From positions 30,508-94,507 of the forward strand of contig JAFKFV010000017.1 of assembly GCA_017307955.1 (NCBI GenBank): DNA of 64,000 nt. The letters are read 5' to 3'. Made by a program: the position numbers and the translations under genes. This DNA is from Bosea sp. (in: a-proteobacteria). GTDB lineage: Bacteria > Pseudomonadota > Alphaproteobacteria > Rhizobiales > Kaistiaceae. The notes beneath the pieces are model-generated. The model did no database searches. It was not told the DNA's origin and saw only the letters and a list, made by a program, of their open reading frames with translations. Of this stretch, positions 10,119 through 16,950 are shown piece after piece (position 1 is the first letter of the stretch; every line of letters begins with the position of its first letter).

Positions 10119-10344
10119 TTCAATCTCATTAGTTCGTCTAGTTGACGAATTAATGCACTGGGCAGAGGCGCTGTCAATGGGGTCGGCGGAAATCGAGCGA
10201 CGAGAAGGTCGAGAGCTGGAGAGGCGGCGGACCCTCTCCAGCTCGGCCTTGGGGCGAGCAGTCGCTCGACGCGATCGAGCAGGTCATGGAGCTTTCGCCG
10301 CCAAAGCGATCATGAGGATGGCGGCTGGAGCCGCAAGGCGTGCG

Positions 10345-10800
10345 TCATGCAATGGGCGGCCCGAGAAGATCGATCGCGTGGGCGCTGCAGATCTGGGCAA
10401 GGGCCTTCTGCTGTTCGGGCGTCGGCGGCACCTGCTCGGGCAGCCCGTCGGTCGCTGCAGGGCGAGCTGCGGCACGGACCATGTCTTCGAAAGGTCCGTT
10501 TGTGATCGTCAGGCAGCGGCCATAGTCCGAAAGCACGCGGAAGCCATGCACGCAGTCCTTTGGCAGATGGATGGCGTCACCTTCGGCTGCCTCGAAGACG
10601 TCATCATCGCGCTGAAACCGGAACCGGCCTTCCAGAATGACGAAGGTTTCGCTTTCTCGATGATGCACATGCAGAGGAGGCGCAAAATCCTTGGCCATGC
10701 GATGTTCGATGATCGACAGGCCTTCCGCATTGTCCGACTTGCTCAGGCGGATCAGCAGATGGGCAGTCATGAACCAGAGATTCTCGGCTTTCGAGGTCAT
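10345..10800 (-). CDS. cupin domain protein
   Basis: Cupin motif PPLHVHHRESETFVILEG...HLPKDCVHGF. I prefer the ATG at 10800 (AGGA 9 nt upstream) over the track start at 10935. Confidence 0.7.
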   Translation of the reverse strand: MTSKAENLWFMTAHLLIRLSKSDNAEGLSIIEHRMAKDFAPPLHVHHRESETFVILEGRFRFQRDDDVFEAAEGDAIHLPKDCVHGFRVLSDYGRCLTITNGPFEDMVRAAARPAATDGLPEQVPPTPEQQKALAQICSAHAIDLLGPPIA

Positions 10801-11125
10801 TTCTCGCATTCCTTTCGTTCGTTGAGGTGAAGTGCGTGATGATCCACGCGGTTGAGGGCTGGTCCTGCTCAAGGTGATCAGGCAGGACCGGTCCTCGATC
10901 TCGTGAGGGAGCCGATCTTCCGAGCGTGAAACCATCGACTCGGCCCATCGCTTGGGGACGGGATGCCTTCCCGGACTCCCGGCATGCGAACCGCGTCATC
11001 GGCATCGCCACGGACACGGCGGAGTTCCCCGTGGCGAAACCTTGAGATCGCCGCGACGATGAAGGCTTTCATGATCATCTCCGGAACCAGATTCTGGTGC
11101 GACCGGAGTACTCAAGGCGCTCGGA

Positions 11126-11151
11126 GATGATAAGATCGATTATCGATCATC
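11126..11151. promoter_or_regulatory. inverted repeat GATGAT-N14-ATCATC just upstream of the LysR gene (candidate LysR autoregulatory box)
   Basis: gatgataagatcgattatcgatcatc read directly, with an inner ATCGAT-T-ATCGAT element. Position is typical for LysR-type operators. Confidence 0.35.
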
Positions 11152-11152
11152 A

Positions 11153-12076
11153 TTGTATGGAAGAGCGAACGTGCGGTCTCTGGACCCCTTGGAAGGCCTA
11201 GCCGCTTTCATCACAGTCGCGAAACATCTGAGCTTCACAAGAGCGGCCGAAGAACTCGGAATGTCGCGCGCCACGGTCGGCGCCCAGGTCCGGACCCTCG
11301 AGGCCAAACTCGGTATCCGGCTGCTTCAGCGCTCGACGCGCGCTGTCGTCCTGACCGAAGCCGGAGCCGCCTATTTCCAGTCTCTGGTCGGCATAATTCC
11401 CCAGGTCCGCGAAGCCGAGCGGGCGGCGTTGAGCTATCAGGAAGAGGTCGTCGGCAGGCTTAAGGTGACGGTGCCGCCCGAATTCGCGCAGCTTCACATG
11501 GGGCCGATCATCGCTGAGTTCCTGAAGCGCAACCCCTCGCTTTCCATCGACGTCACATTGTCCCACAGGGCGGTCAATCTGATCGACGAGGGCTATGACC
11601 TCGCCATACGGGGGACGATTGTCCTGGATCCCAATCTCATCACCCGCCCCATCGGCGACTCACCGCTCGTCATCTGCGCGTCGCCGGATTACATCGCCAG
11701 GCATGGCGCGCCTGCCGATCCCACAGAACTTGCGGACCACGCCTGTCTTCACTTCTCCGGTCTGCGATGGGGCAATGTGTGGATACTCAACAAGGACGGC
11801 CAGACGCTGCGCATCCCCATCGTCCCGCGCTATCTCGCCAATGACGGGATCGCGCTGAGAGATGTCGCCGTCGCCGGAGCCGGGATCACGCTGCTGCCGA
11901 TGTTCGCAGTCGGCGCGGAGATCCGAGACGGCCGTCTCGTTCGTGTGCTTGAAACATGGGAGATCGGCTCGGTTCCCGTTCATGCCGTCTATCCGGCCAA
12001 CAAGAACATTGCGTCGAAGGTCAGGCGCTTCACGGATTTCCTGGCGAGGAACCTGCCGAAGGACGTCTTCTCATAA
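11153..12076 (+). CDS. LysR family transcriptional regulator
   Basis: N-terminal HTH LAAFITVAKHLSFTRAAEELGMSRATVGAQVRTLE plus a LysR substrate-binding domain. The true start may be GTG 11171. Confidence 0.85.
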   Translation: MYGRANVRSLDPLEGLAAFITVAKHLSFTRAAEELGMSRATVGAQVRTLEAKLGIRLLQRSTRAVVLTEAGAAYFQSLVGIIPQVREAERAALSYQEEVVGRLKVTVPPEFAQLHMGPIIAEFLKRNPSLSIDVTLSHRAVNLIDEGYDLAIRGTIVLDPNLITRPIGDSPLVICASPDYIARHGAPADPTELADHACLHFSGLRWGNVWILNKDGQTLRIPIVPRYLANDGIALRDVAVAGAGITLLPMFAVGAEIRDGRLVRVLETWEIGSVPVHAVYPANKNIASKVRRFTDFLARNLPKDVFS

Positions 12077-12189
12077 CCGGGCAAGTCAACCAACGCCGCC
12101 GTTTCCACACGTCTCCGCCGCCGGCCGTCCGCGCCTAGGCATGGCGCGCGCGTCGGCGCCAGGTACAGTCAAGAACGATTGGGGAAATC

Positions 12190-12239
12190 TGGCGCACCCG
12201 AAGGGATTCGAACCCCTGGCCTCTGCCTTCGGAGGGCAG
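12190..12239 (-). other. 3' ~50 nt of tRNA-Arg(CCG): anticodon arm, variable loop, T arm, acceptor 3' strand and CCA, with no 5' half. Interpreted as a prophage att core copy.
   Basis: Reverse complement reads CTGCC-CTCCGAA-GGCAG AGGCC AGGGG-TTCGAAT-CCCTT CGGGTGC G CCA. The required 5' acceptor strand GCACCCG and a D arm are absent upstream. Confidence 0.75.
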
Positions 12240-12246
12240 TGTGTTT

Positions 12247-12302
12247 CGGCCAAAATGGCTGAACTCTGCGGTTTCATACAATCGACACGGCCAAAATGGC
12301 TG
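12247..12302. repeat. two direct copies of CGGCCAAAATGGCTG (12247-12261, 12288-12302) next to the att core; candidate integrase arm-type sites
   Basis: Perfect 15-mers spaced 41 bp apart, immediately phage-side of the tRNA fragment. Confidence 0.5.
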
Positions 12303-12378
12303 TCAATGTTCCCGTTATGGCCACGCTTCCAGGTTCGCGTGAACCGCGGAGCGATGCCTTTGATCGGAGGCTGCAACC

Positions 12379-12501
12379 ATGCATGAGCGTTGGCGTCAGG
12401 TGCTCCGGTTCGAGCCTGAAGAACGCGCGCTGTTCAAGCGGGAGTTCGACCGCGAGCGCGCATGGTCCGCGATCAATGCCGTCCTCATCTGGCCAACCTG
12501 A
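12379..12501 (+). CDS. small hypothetical protein (40 aa; below ORF-track cutoff)
   Basis: ATG at 12379 sits 8 nt after GGAGG (12366-12370). Translation is MHERWRQVLRFEPEERALFKREFDRERAWSAINAVLIWPT. Confidence 0.35.
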   Translation: MHERWRQVLRFEPEERALFKREFDRERAWSAINAVLIWPT

Positions 12502-12683
12502 TCGTGCTGGGCGGCTCAGGCAGCGCGCTCAACGCAGCGGCGGCCCTCATCTGCACTGTCGTCCTATTGTGGCGCGTTCGCCGCGCCATCGCATGCCGCT
12601 GGATCCTCGACAACTGGCCCGCTGGCGAGAGCCATGCCGTTTTCGAGGTCTATGCCCTCCCTGGAGACCCCCACCATGCATGA
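12462..12683 (+). CDS. small membrane protein candidate (one TM: LIVLGGSGSALNAAAALICTVVLLW)
   Basis: ORF-track entry in a different frame, overlapping the end of 12379-12501. The start is uncertain. Confidence 0.3.
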   Translation: MVRDQCRPHLANLIVLGGSGSALNAAAALICTVVLLWRVRRAIACRWILDNWPAGESHAVFEVYALPGDPHHA

Positions 12684-13368
12684 GCCCAAGCGTGCCCGGC
12701 GCACCTACGCGGTAGCCGATCTACACGGCCGATATGATTTGCTCGACGCTGCGTTGAAGGCAATCGAGGCGAACCCGCCGGGGACAATCGTGTTCCTCGG
12801 CGACTACATCGATCGCGGACCACAGAGCTGCCAAGTCATTGATCGGCTCATGACTGGGCCGCCTGATGGATGGCGGTGGGTGTGCCTAAAGGGGAACCAT
12901 GAGGACATGATGGTCGAGACGATCAATCAGCCGCTAGATTTTGGCTGGTGGGTCGGGAATGGAGGAGGCGCCACCCTAGCCTCATATGCTGACGGGGTTG
13001 TCCCGCAGGCCCACCTTGATTGGTGCCGCCAGCGTCCGCTCTGCTATCTCGACGGCAGGCGCGTCTTTGTCCACGCCGACTTCGATGAGACGCGCCCTGC
13101 TGATGAGCAGACGGAAGCGCGGTTGCTCTGGAGCCGGCGCGAGCGAAATGCCGACCTGACAGCGGCAGCCGGATATGTGGTCCACGGCCACACGCCATTC
13201 CCTGATGGCCCTGTGGTCCTTTCGGGACGCTGCAATCTCGACACGCTTGCATGGCGCACCGGCCGTCTAGTCGTCGCAGTCTTTGACGACGACGTGGCCG
13301 GCGGCCCGGCCTCATTGATTGAGGTTGCCCTCTCCCCTCGTCACCGCCCCTATGGAGGCCGAACATGA
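12676..13368 (+). CDS. Ser/Thr protein phosphatase, lambda-PPase-type metallophosphoesterase
   Basis: Motifs DLHGRYD, GDYIDRGP, GNHE and HGH. GGAG lies 9 nt upstream of ATG 12676; the track start 12634 is an in-frame upstream extension. Confidence 0.85.
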   Translation: MHEPKRARRTYAVADLHGRYDLLDAALKAIEANPPGTIVFLGDYIDRGPQSCQVIDRLMTGPPDGWRWVCLKGNHEDMMVETINQPLDFGWWVGNGGGATLASYADGVVPQAHLDWCRQRPLCYLDGRRVFVHADFDETRPADEQTEARLLWSRRERNADLTAAAGYVVHGHTPFPDGPVVLSGRCNLDTLAWRTGRLVVAVFDDDVAGGPASLIEVALSPRHRPYGGRT

Positions 13369-13583
13369 GTGAGATGATTGCAAGTTGTCCGTTCTGCGGA
13401 GGTGCCGGACTTTACACCAGCATCGACAACAACGGTTTTTACATCGGCTGCGCTAGCGACCCTGGCGTTGATGATGAAGTCTGCGGAGCCCGAGGCCCGG
13501 TGCGCGGCTCAGAAGCCGCCGCCATCGCCGCCTGGAACCGCCGCCCCGTTCCCTCTCTCGCCAAGGAGGATGCTCATGGGTGA
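13365..13583 (+). CDS. Lar-family restriction-alleviation-like zinc-ribbon protein
   Basis: CPFCGG near the N-terminus, a second Cys pair, and C-terminal AAIAAWNRR as in Lar-type proteins. ATGA overlap with the upstream stop. Confidence 0.7.
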   Translation: MSEMIASCPFCGGAGLYTSIDNNGFYIGCASDPGVDDEVCGARGPVRGSEAAAIAAWNRRPVPSLAKEDAHG

Positions 13584-14241
13584 GCGACCGATCATATTCT
13601 CTGGGCCGATGATCAGGGCGCTGCTCGCCGGCCGGAAGACGCAGACGCGGCGGATCATCAAGCCGCGCGGAAAGGCTCCCAGCCTATTCGACGGTCAGTG
13701 GTCGGACAGCTATGTGCTTGATCCCGGCAACGCATCGTGGCGGGAGCGCGACGTTCCGGTGAAACCCCGAGACCGGCTGTGGGTCCGCGAGACCTATTTC
13801 CAGCGTGGCCATTGGGCGCCAGTGCAAGGAGCCATCGCGCGCAAGGGCAATCGGCAGAAATGGGCCTTCGTGCCTGCCGATAATGTCCTTCTGTTCGAAG
13901 CGCCGGCGAGCTACCGCAAGGGTCGCCATGCGGCCGACCCGGCAACGATTGCGTGGCATAAGCGGATTGGCCGGTTCATGCCAAGGCAATATTCGCGCCT
14001 GACGCTCGTCGTAACCGATGTCCGCGTGCAGCGGCTGCAGGAGATCAGCGAAGAGGACGCGGTCGCCGAGGGCGTCGCCGCTGACTACCTGGAGCATATT
14101 CACGGGCCACGCGGTTATCGCGATATCTGGGAGACCATTAACGGTCCCGGCTCATGGGAAGCCAACCCGTGGATCGCCGCCTATACCTTCACCGTTCACG
14201 CGCACAACATCGATGCTCTCGCCAAGGAAGATGCAGCATGA
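13576..14241 (+). CDS. phage protein with N-terminal ASCH/PUA-like motif (MIRALLAGRKTQTRR)
   Basis: ATG 13576 is preceded by AAGGAGGA. 221 aa. Function assignment is weak. Confidence 0.6.
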   Translation: MGERPIIFSGPMIRALLAGRKTQTRRIIKPRGKAPSLFDGQWSDSYVLDPGNASWRERDVPVKPRDRLWVRETYFQRGHWAPVQGAIARKGNRQKWAFVPADNVLLFEAPASYRKGRHAADPATIAWHKRIGRFMPRQYSRLTLVVTDVRVQRLQEISEEDAVAEGVAADYLEHIHGPRGYRDIWETINGPGSWEANPWIAAYTFTVHAHNIDALAKEDAA

Positions 14242-14636
14242 GCACCCCGAAATATCTAGGCGTTTCCGCTGGCGTTCGCTATTGGGAGGACGCCTATGTC
14301 AACGGCGTCGAGGACAGCGACGGGTCGCGGATCCCATTCCGATCAGGCGACGACTGGACGCCTGTGATCGACATTTCAACCGGTCGCATTGAGGCGTGGC
14401 CGGAAGGAACCGTTGCCGATATCCACTACAAGGTCTGCGACGACGGGGAATACACGCTGCTCGATAGCGAGCGCCGCGAGATCTGCCGCATCAGCGGCTA
14501 CGTGCCACCGATCCTCTACCCAGAGGGCAACGGCTTCGGCGACTACATCATCATGAAAGTCGGAGCCGACGGCGTGATCGGCAAATGGAAGATCACGTAC
14601 CAGCGGTTCCCTCTCGCCAAGGACGCCGCAGCATGA
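14238..14636 (+). CDS. hypothetical phage protein (132 aa)
   Basis: ATGA overlap with the upstream stop and an RBS embedded in the upstream 3' end. Confidence 0.65.
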   Translation: MSTPKYLGVSAGVRYWEDAYVNGVEDSDGSRIPFRSGDDWTPVIDISTGRIEAWPEGTVADIHYKVCDDGEYTLLDSERREICRISGYVPPILYPEGNGFGDYIIMKVGADGVIGKWKITYQRFPLAKDAAA

Positions 14637-14884
14637 CCCCCACCACATCTTCTCTTGAGCAGAGAGTGGCGGAGCTGGAACGGGAGAATGCGAGGCTGCG
14701 GGCCATCGTCAAACTCGCAGCTTGCATCGACATCGATAATCCCACCGAACACGACGAAGCGTTAATCGAAGATGTCGTGGCACAGGCGCGGCAAGAGAGC
14801 ATGACAGGCTTCTGGCCGACGCTTACGCCAGAGCAGCAGGCCTCGATCCTCGCCCGCTCCGCTCTATCGAAGGAGAACGGGTGA
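14633..14884 (+). CDS. hypothetical coiled-coil protein (83 aa)
   Basis: ATGA overlap; LEQRVAELERENARLRAIV heptad-like segment. Confidence 0.6.
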   Translation: MTPTTSSLEQRVAELERENARLRAIVKLAACIDIDNPTEHDEALIEDVVAQARQESMTGFWPTLTPEQQASILARSALSKENG

Positions 14885-15093
14885 TGGGCGCGTGCGCGTC
14901 TTGCGGCGGGACCGGCTGGCAATGGCACGACCGCACATGGTTCGTCGGCGACGGCATGTACAAGGCGCGCTGCGGCATCTGCGCCGGCACCGGGGAACAG
15001 ATTGTCTCAGCATTCCGAGACAACCCGCGGTGGATCGCAGAGCAGGAGCGCCGCCGCTCCCGAGCCTCCGGCCTACCGGTGAAGGAGGTGTAG
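14884..15093 (+). CDS. small zinc-finger protein with two CxxCxGxG (DnaJ cysteine-rich-like) motifs
   Basis: CASCGGTG and CGICAGTG in 69-70 aa. GTGATG start region overlaps the upstream TGA. Confidence 0.65.
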   Translation: MGACASCGGTGWQWHDRTWFVGDGMYKARCGICAGTGEQIVSAFRDNPRWIAEQERRRSRASGLPVKEV

Positions 15094-15094
15094 G

Positions 15095-15502
15095 ATGGGT
15101 GAACCGGTATTTGTCTTTGGGTCCAATCTTGCGGGCCGCCACGGCAAAGGCGCAGCTCTTTGGGCACGCCAGCACAGGGGCGCCGTCTATGGCGTCGGCC
15201 TCGGGCTCACTGGCAACAGCTTTGCGATCCCCACCAAAGATCGCGACCTCAAGACGCTGCCTTTGGATGAGATCGGCCGATACGTGGACCGCTTTCTCAG
15301 ATTCGCAACGGATCGACCAGACCTAACGTTTCAGGTAACGCCAATCGGCTGCGGGCTCGCCGGATACAAGCCAGAGCAGATCGCGCCGATGTTTCGAGGA
15401 GCGCCGGCCAACTGCCAACTGCCGCCAGAGTTCGTCGCCATCCTCGGCCGCCGCGCCGCTGCCCTATCCGAACTCGCCCAACTCGACGGAGAGACGCTAT
15501 GA
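15095..15502 (+). CDS. macro-domain-like phage non-structural protein (A1S_2505-type pattern)
   Basis: VFVFGSNLAGRHGKGAA...SFAIPTKD...TPIGCGLAGY pattern recalled from that family. Not verified by search. Confidence 0.55.
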   Translation: MGEPVFVFGSNLAGRHGKGAALWARQHRGAVYGVGLGLTGNSFAIPTKDRDLKTLPLDEIGRYVDRFLRFATDRPDLTFQVTPIGCGLAGYKPEQIAPMFRGAPANCQLPPEFVAILGRRAAALSELAQLDGETL

Positions 15503-15867
15503 CGGGAATGGTAGAGCGGGTGACCGCTGCGATCAAAGACGCCGTGACGAGGATCGATGGCGACCCTGTCGGCGTCCATCTCAGCTACTCGATCGCGCTC
15601 GACGAAAGCAATGCTGACGAGACGATGGCCGGTATCATGTCGATCTGCGAGGACGCGGCCCGCGCTGCAATCGCGGCGATGCGCGAGCCGACTGATGCCA
15701 TGCGATATGCCGTCTGGTACGATCAATACCGCTTCAATGGTGGCTCGGAAGAGGAATCAGCGCTACTGGCTCAGAAGCGGGTTGATGACGCCCAGCAACG
15801 CGCCCAAGACATCAGCGCACACTCCGCGCTCATAGACGCCGCTCTGGCGGAAGGGGAGAAGGAATGA
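15499..15867 (+). CDS. hypothetical protein (122 aa)
   Basis: ATGA overlap with the upstream gene; acidic, helical. Confidence 0.6.
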   Translation: MTGMVERVTAAIKDAVTRIDGDPVGVHLSYSIALDESNADETMAGIMSICEDAARAAIAAMREPTDAMRYAVWYDQYRFNGGSEEESALLAQKRVDDAQQRAQDISAHSALIDAALAEGEKE

Positions 15868-16064
15868 GCGGGTACGAAGACATTCACCGCGGTTTCGATG
15901 CCGTCAAGGCAGAGCTGGCGGCGAACTTTGCGCGGATAAACGCTTCGTTGAGCCGCACCGAAAAGAACGTCAGCGGCGTCAAGGAAACCGTGATCGCAGT
16001 CGGCGCCCTGACTGTTGTGGGCGTCATCATAGCCGCGACAGTGGCTCTTGCCATGCTGCGATGA
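15864..16064 (+). CDS. small C-terminally membrane-anchored protein (66 aa)
   Basis: C-terminal TM VIAVGALTVVGVIIAATVALAML; ATGA overlap. Confidence 0.55.
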   Translation: MSGYEDIHRGFDAVKAELAANFARINASLSRTEKNVSGVKETVIAVGALTVVGVIIAATVALAMLR

Positions 16065-16318
16065 CCGCCACCCTCGGCAGCCTCACGGACGGCGGCTACA
16101 CCGTCACCGCCTATTGCGAGGCATGTCGGCATAGCGCGGTGCTGGATCTGGCGGAGCTGGCAGCAATTCACGGCCGCGACGCGCGGCTTGTCGGCTCCGC
16201 TACCACAGCCCCTGCCACGCTCGCTGGGAGGCCTCTGGTGTGCGGCAAGTGCGGGGCGCGGAACACGTCGCTCCGGATATCGCCGGGCGGGCTGCCGAGC
16301 GGAGCGTTGAGCCGGTAG
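16061..16318 (+). CDS. hypothetical zinc-ribbon-like protein (85 aa)
   Basis: CEAC...CGKC cysteine pairs. Last gene of the forward cluster, convergent with the minus-strand genes. Confidence 0.55.
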   Translation: MTATLGSLTDGGYTVTAYCEACRHSAVLDLAELAAIHGRDARLVGSATTAPATLAGRPLVCGKCGARNTSLRISPGGLPSGALSR

Positions 16319-16360
16319 CATACGCGATCCCGCATAATCACGAGATATACGCGAGCGCGT

Positions 16361-16552
16361 CTAGCCCTCCGGCACGTCCCATGTTGCGGGGTCGGTCGCA
16401 GGCGGATGCAGCCGCCACATCTCGGCGGCCTCGATTGCTCGAGCAATGTCCCCGGCAAGCCCCGCCGCCTCATAGGCGGTCATCTCCTGCCACGGTCCAT
16501 CGGAGTGCAGCACGATGCGACCGCGGTCGAACGACACGCGCGGCCGGCTCAT
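16361..16552 (-). CDS. hypothetical protein (63 aa)
   Basis: 4-nt overlap with the upstream gene; last gene of the minus-strand block. Confidence 0.5.
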   Translation of the reverse strand: MSRPRVSFDRGRIVLHSDGPWQEMTAYEAAGLAGDIARAIEAAEMWRLHPPATDPATWDVPEG

Positions 16553-16950
16553 GTGGCCTCCCGATCGTCAAGCTCGCGCGGCAGACCGATCTCGGAGGGC
16601 AAGACATAGATGATCGGCTTGCCCATCGTCTCCGCAGCGGCGATCTCTTCGCAGATGCCGAGCGATTCCTTCCACTCGCGAAGCTTCACAACCACGAGCG
16701 CGCGGGCCATGGCGAAGATGGGCCGGTCATTGTCCATCCAGCGCTGAGCGTCGGTCGGGTCCATCCGCGAATGCGTCGCGACCATATGGCCGTGAGCGAT
16801 CGGGGAATAGGCCCGGATGCCCATGCGGATCAGAGCGCCAGCGGCCTGCGCAGCATCGTGAGCGGCACAGCTCAGGCCGGGCTTGTAGTGCGTATACGGC
16901 GTCGAGACGAAAACGAGGCCGGGACCATCTATGAGGTCGTCGAGGGTCAT
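16549..16950 (-). CDS. DUF1937-like protein (nucleoside 2-deoxyribosyltransferase-like fold family)
   Basis: 133 aa. The pattern VFVSTPYTHY...YSPIAH...W...D......LVVVKL.GW..S.G...EI resembles DUF1937 from memory. Confidence 0.55.
   Translation of the reverse strand: MTLDDLIDGPGLVFVSTPYTHYKPGLSCAAHDAAQAAGALIRMGIRAYSPIAHGHMVATHSRMDPTDAQRWMDNDRPIFAMARALVVVKLREWKESLGICEEIAAAETMGKPIIYVLPSEIGLPRELDDREAT

Noticed and set aside
10878-11078. 66-aa minus-strand ORF starting MIMKAFIVAA between the cupin and LysR genes (possible remnant of an NAD(P)-binding NmrA/SDR-type gene, the usual divergent partner of a LysR)
   Set aside because: Only the first ~10 residues resemble a Rossmann N-terminus and the rest is Arg/Pro/Ser-rich. 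It is at best a decayed pseudogene, and I cannot support it.
12190-12275. A complete tRNA gene at the prophage border
   Set aside because: Only the 3' ~50 nt fold as a tRNA. The sequence where the D arm and 5' acceptor strand (GCACCCG) should be is unrelated. I therefore treat it as an att-site fragment, not a functional tRNA.
12296-12715. 139-aa plus-strand ORF next to the att site
   Set aside because: The product is Ser/Arg/Pro-rich and there is no RBS. It overlaps better-supported small ORFs and the start of the phosphatase gene.
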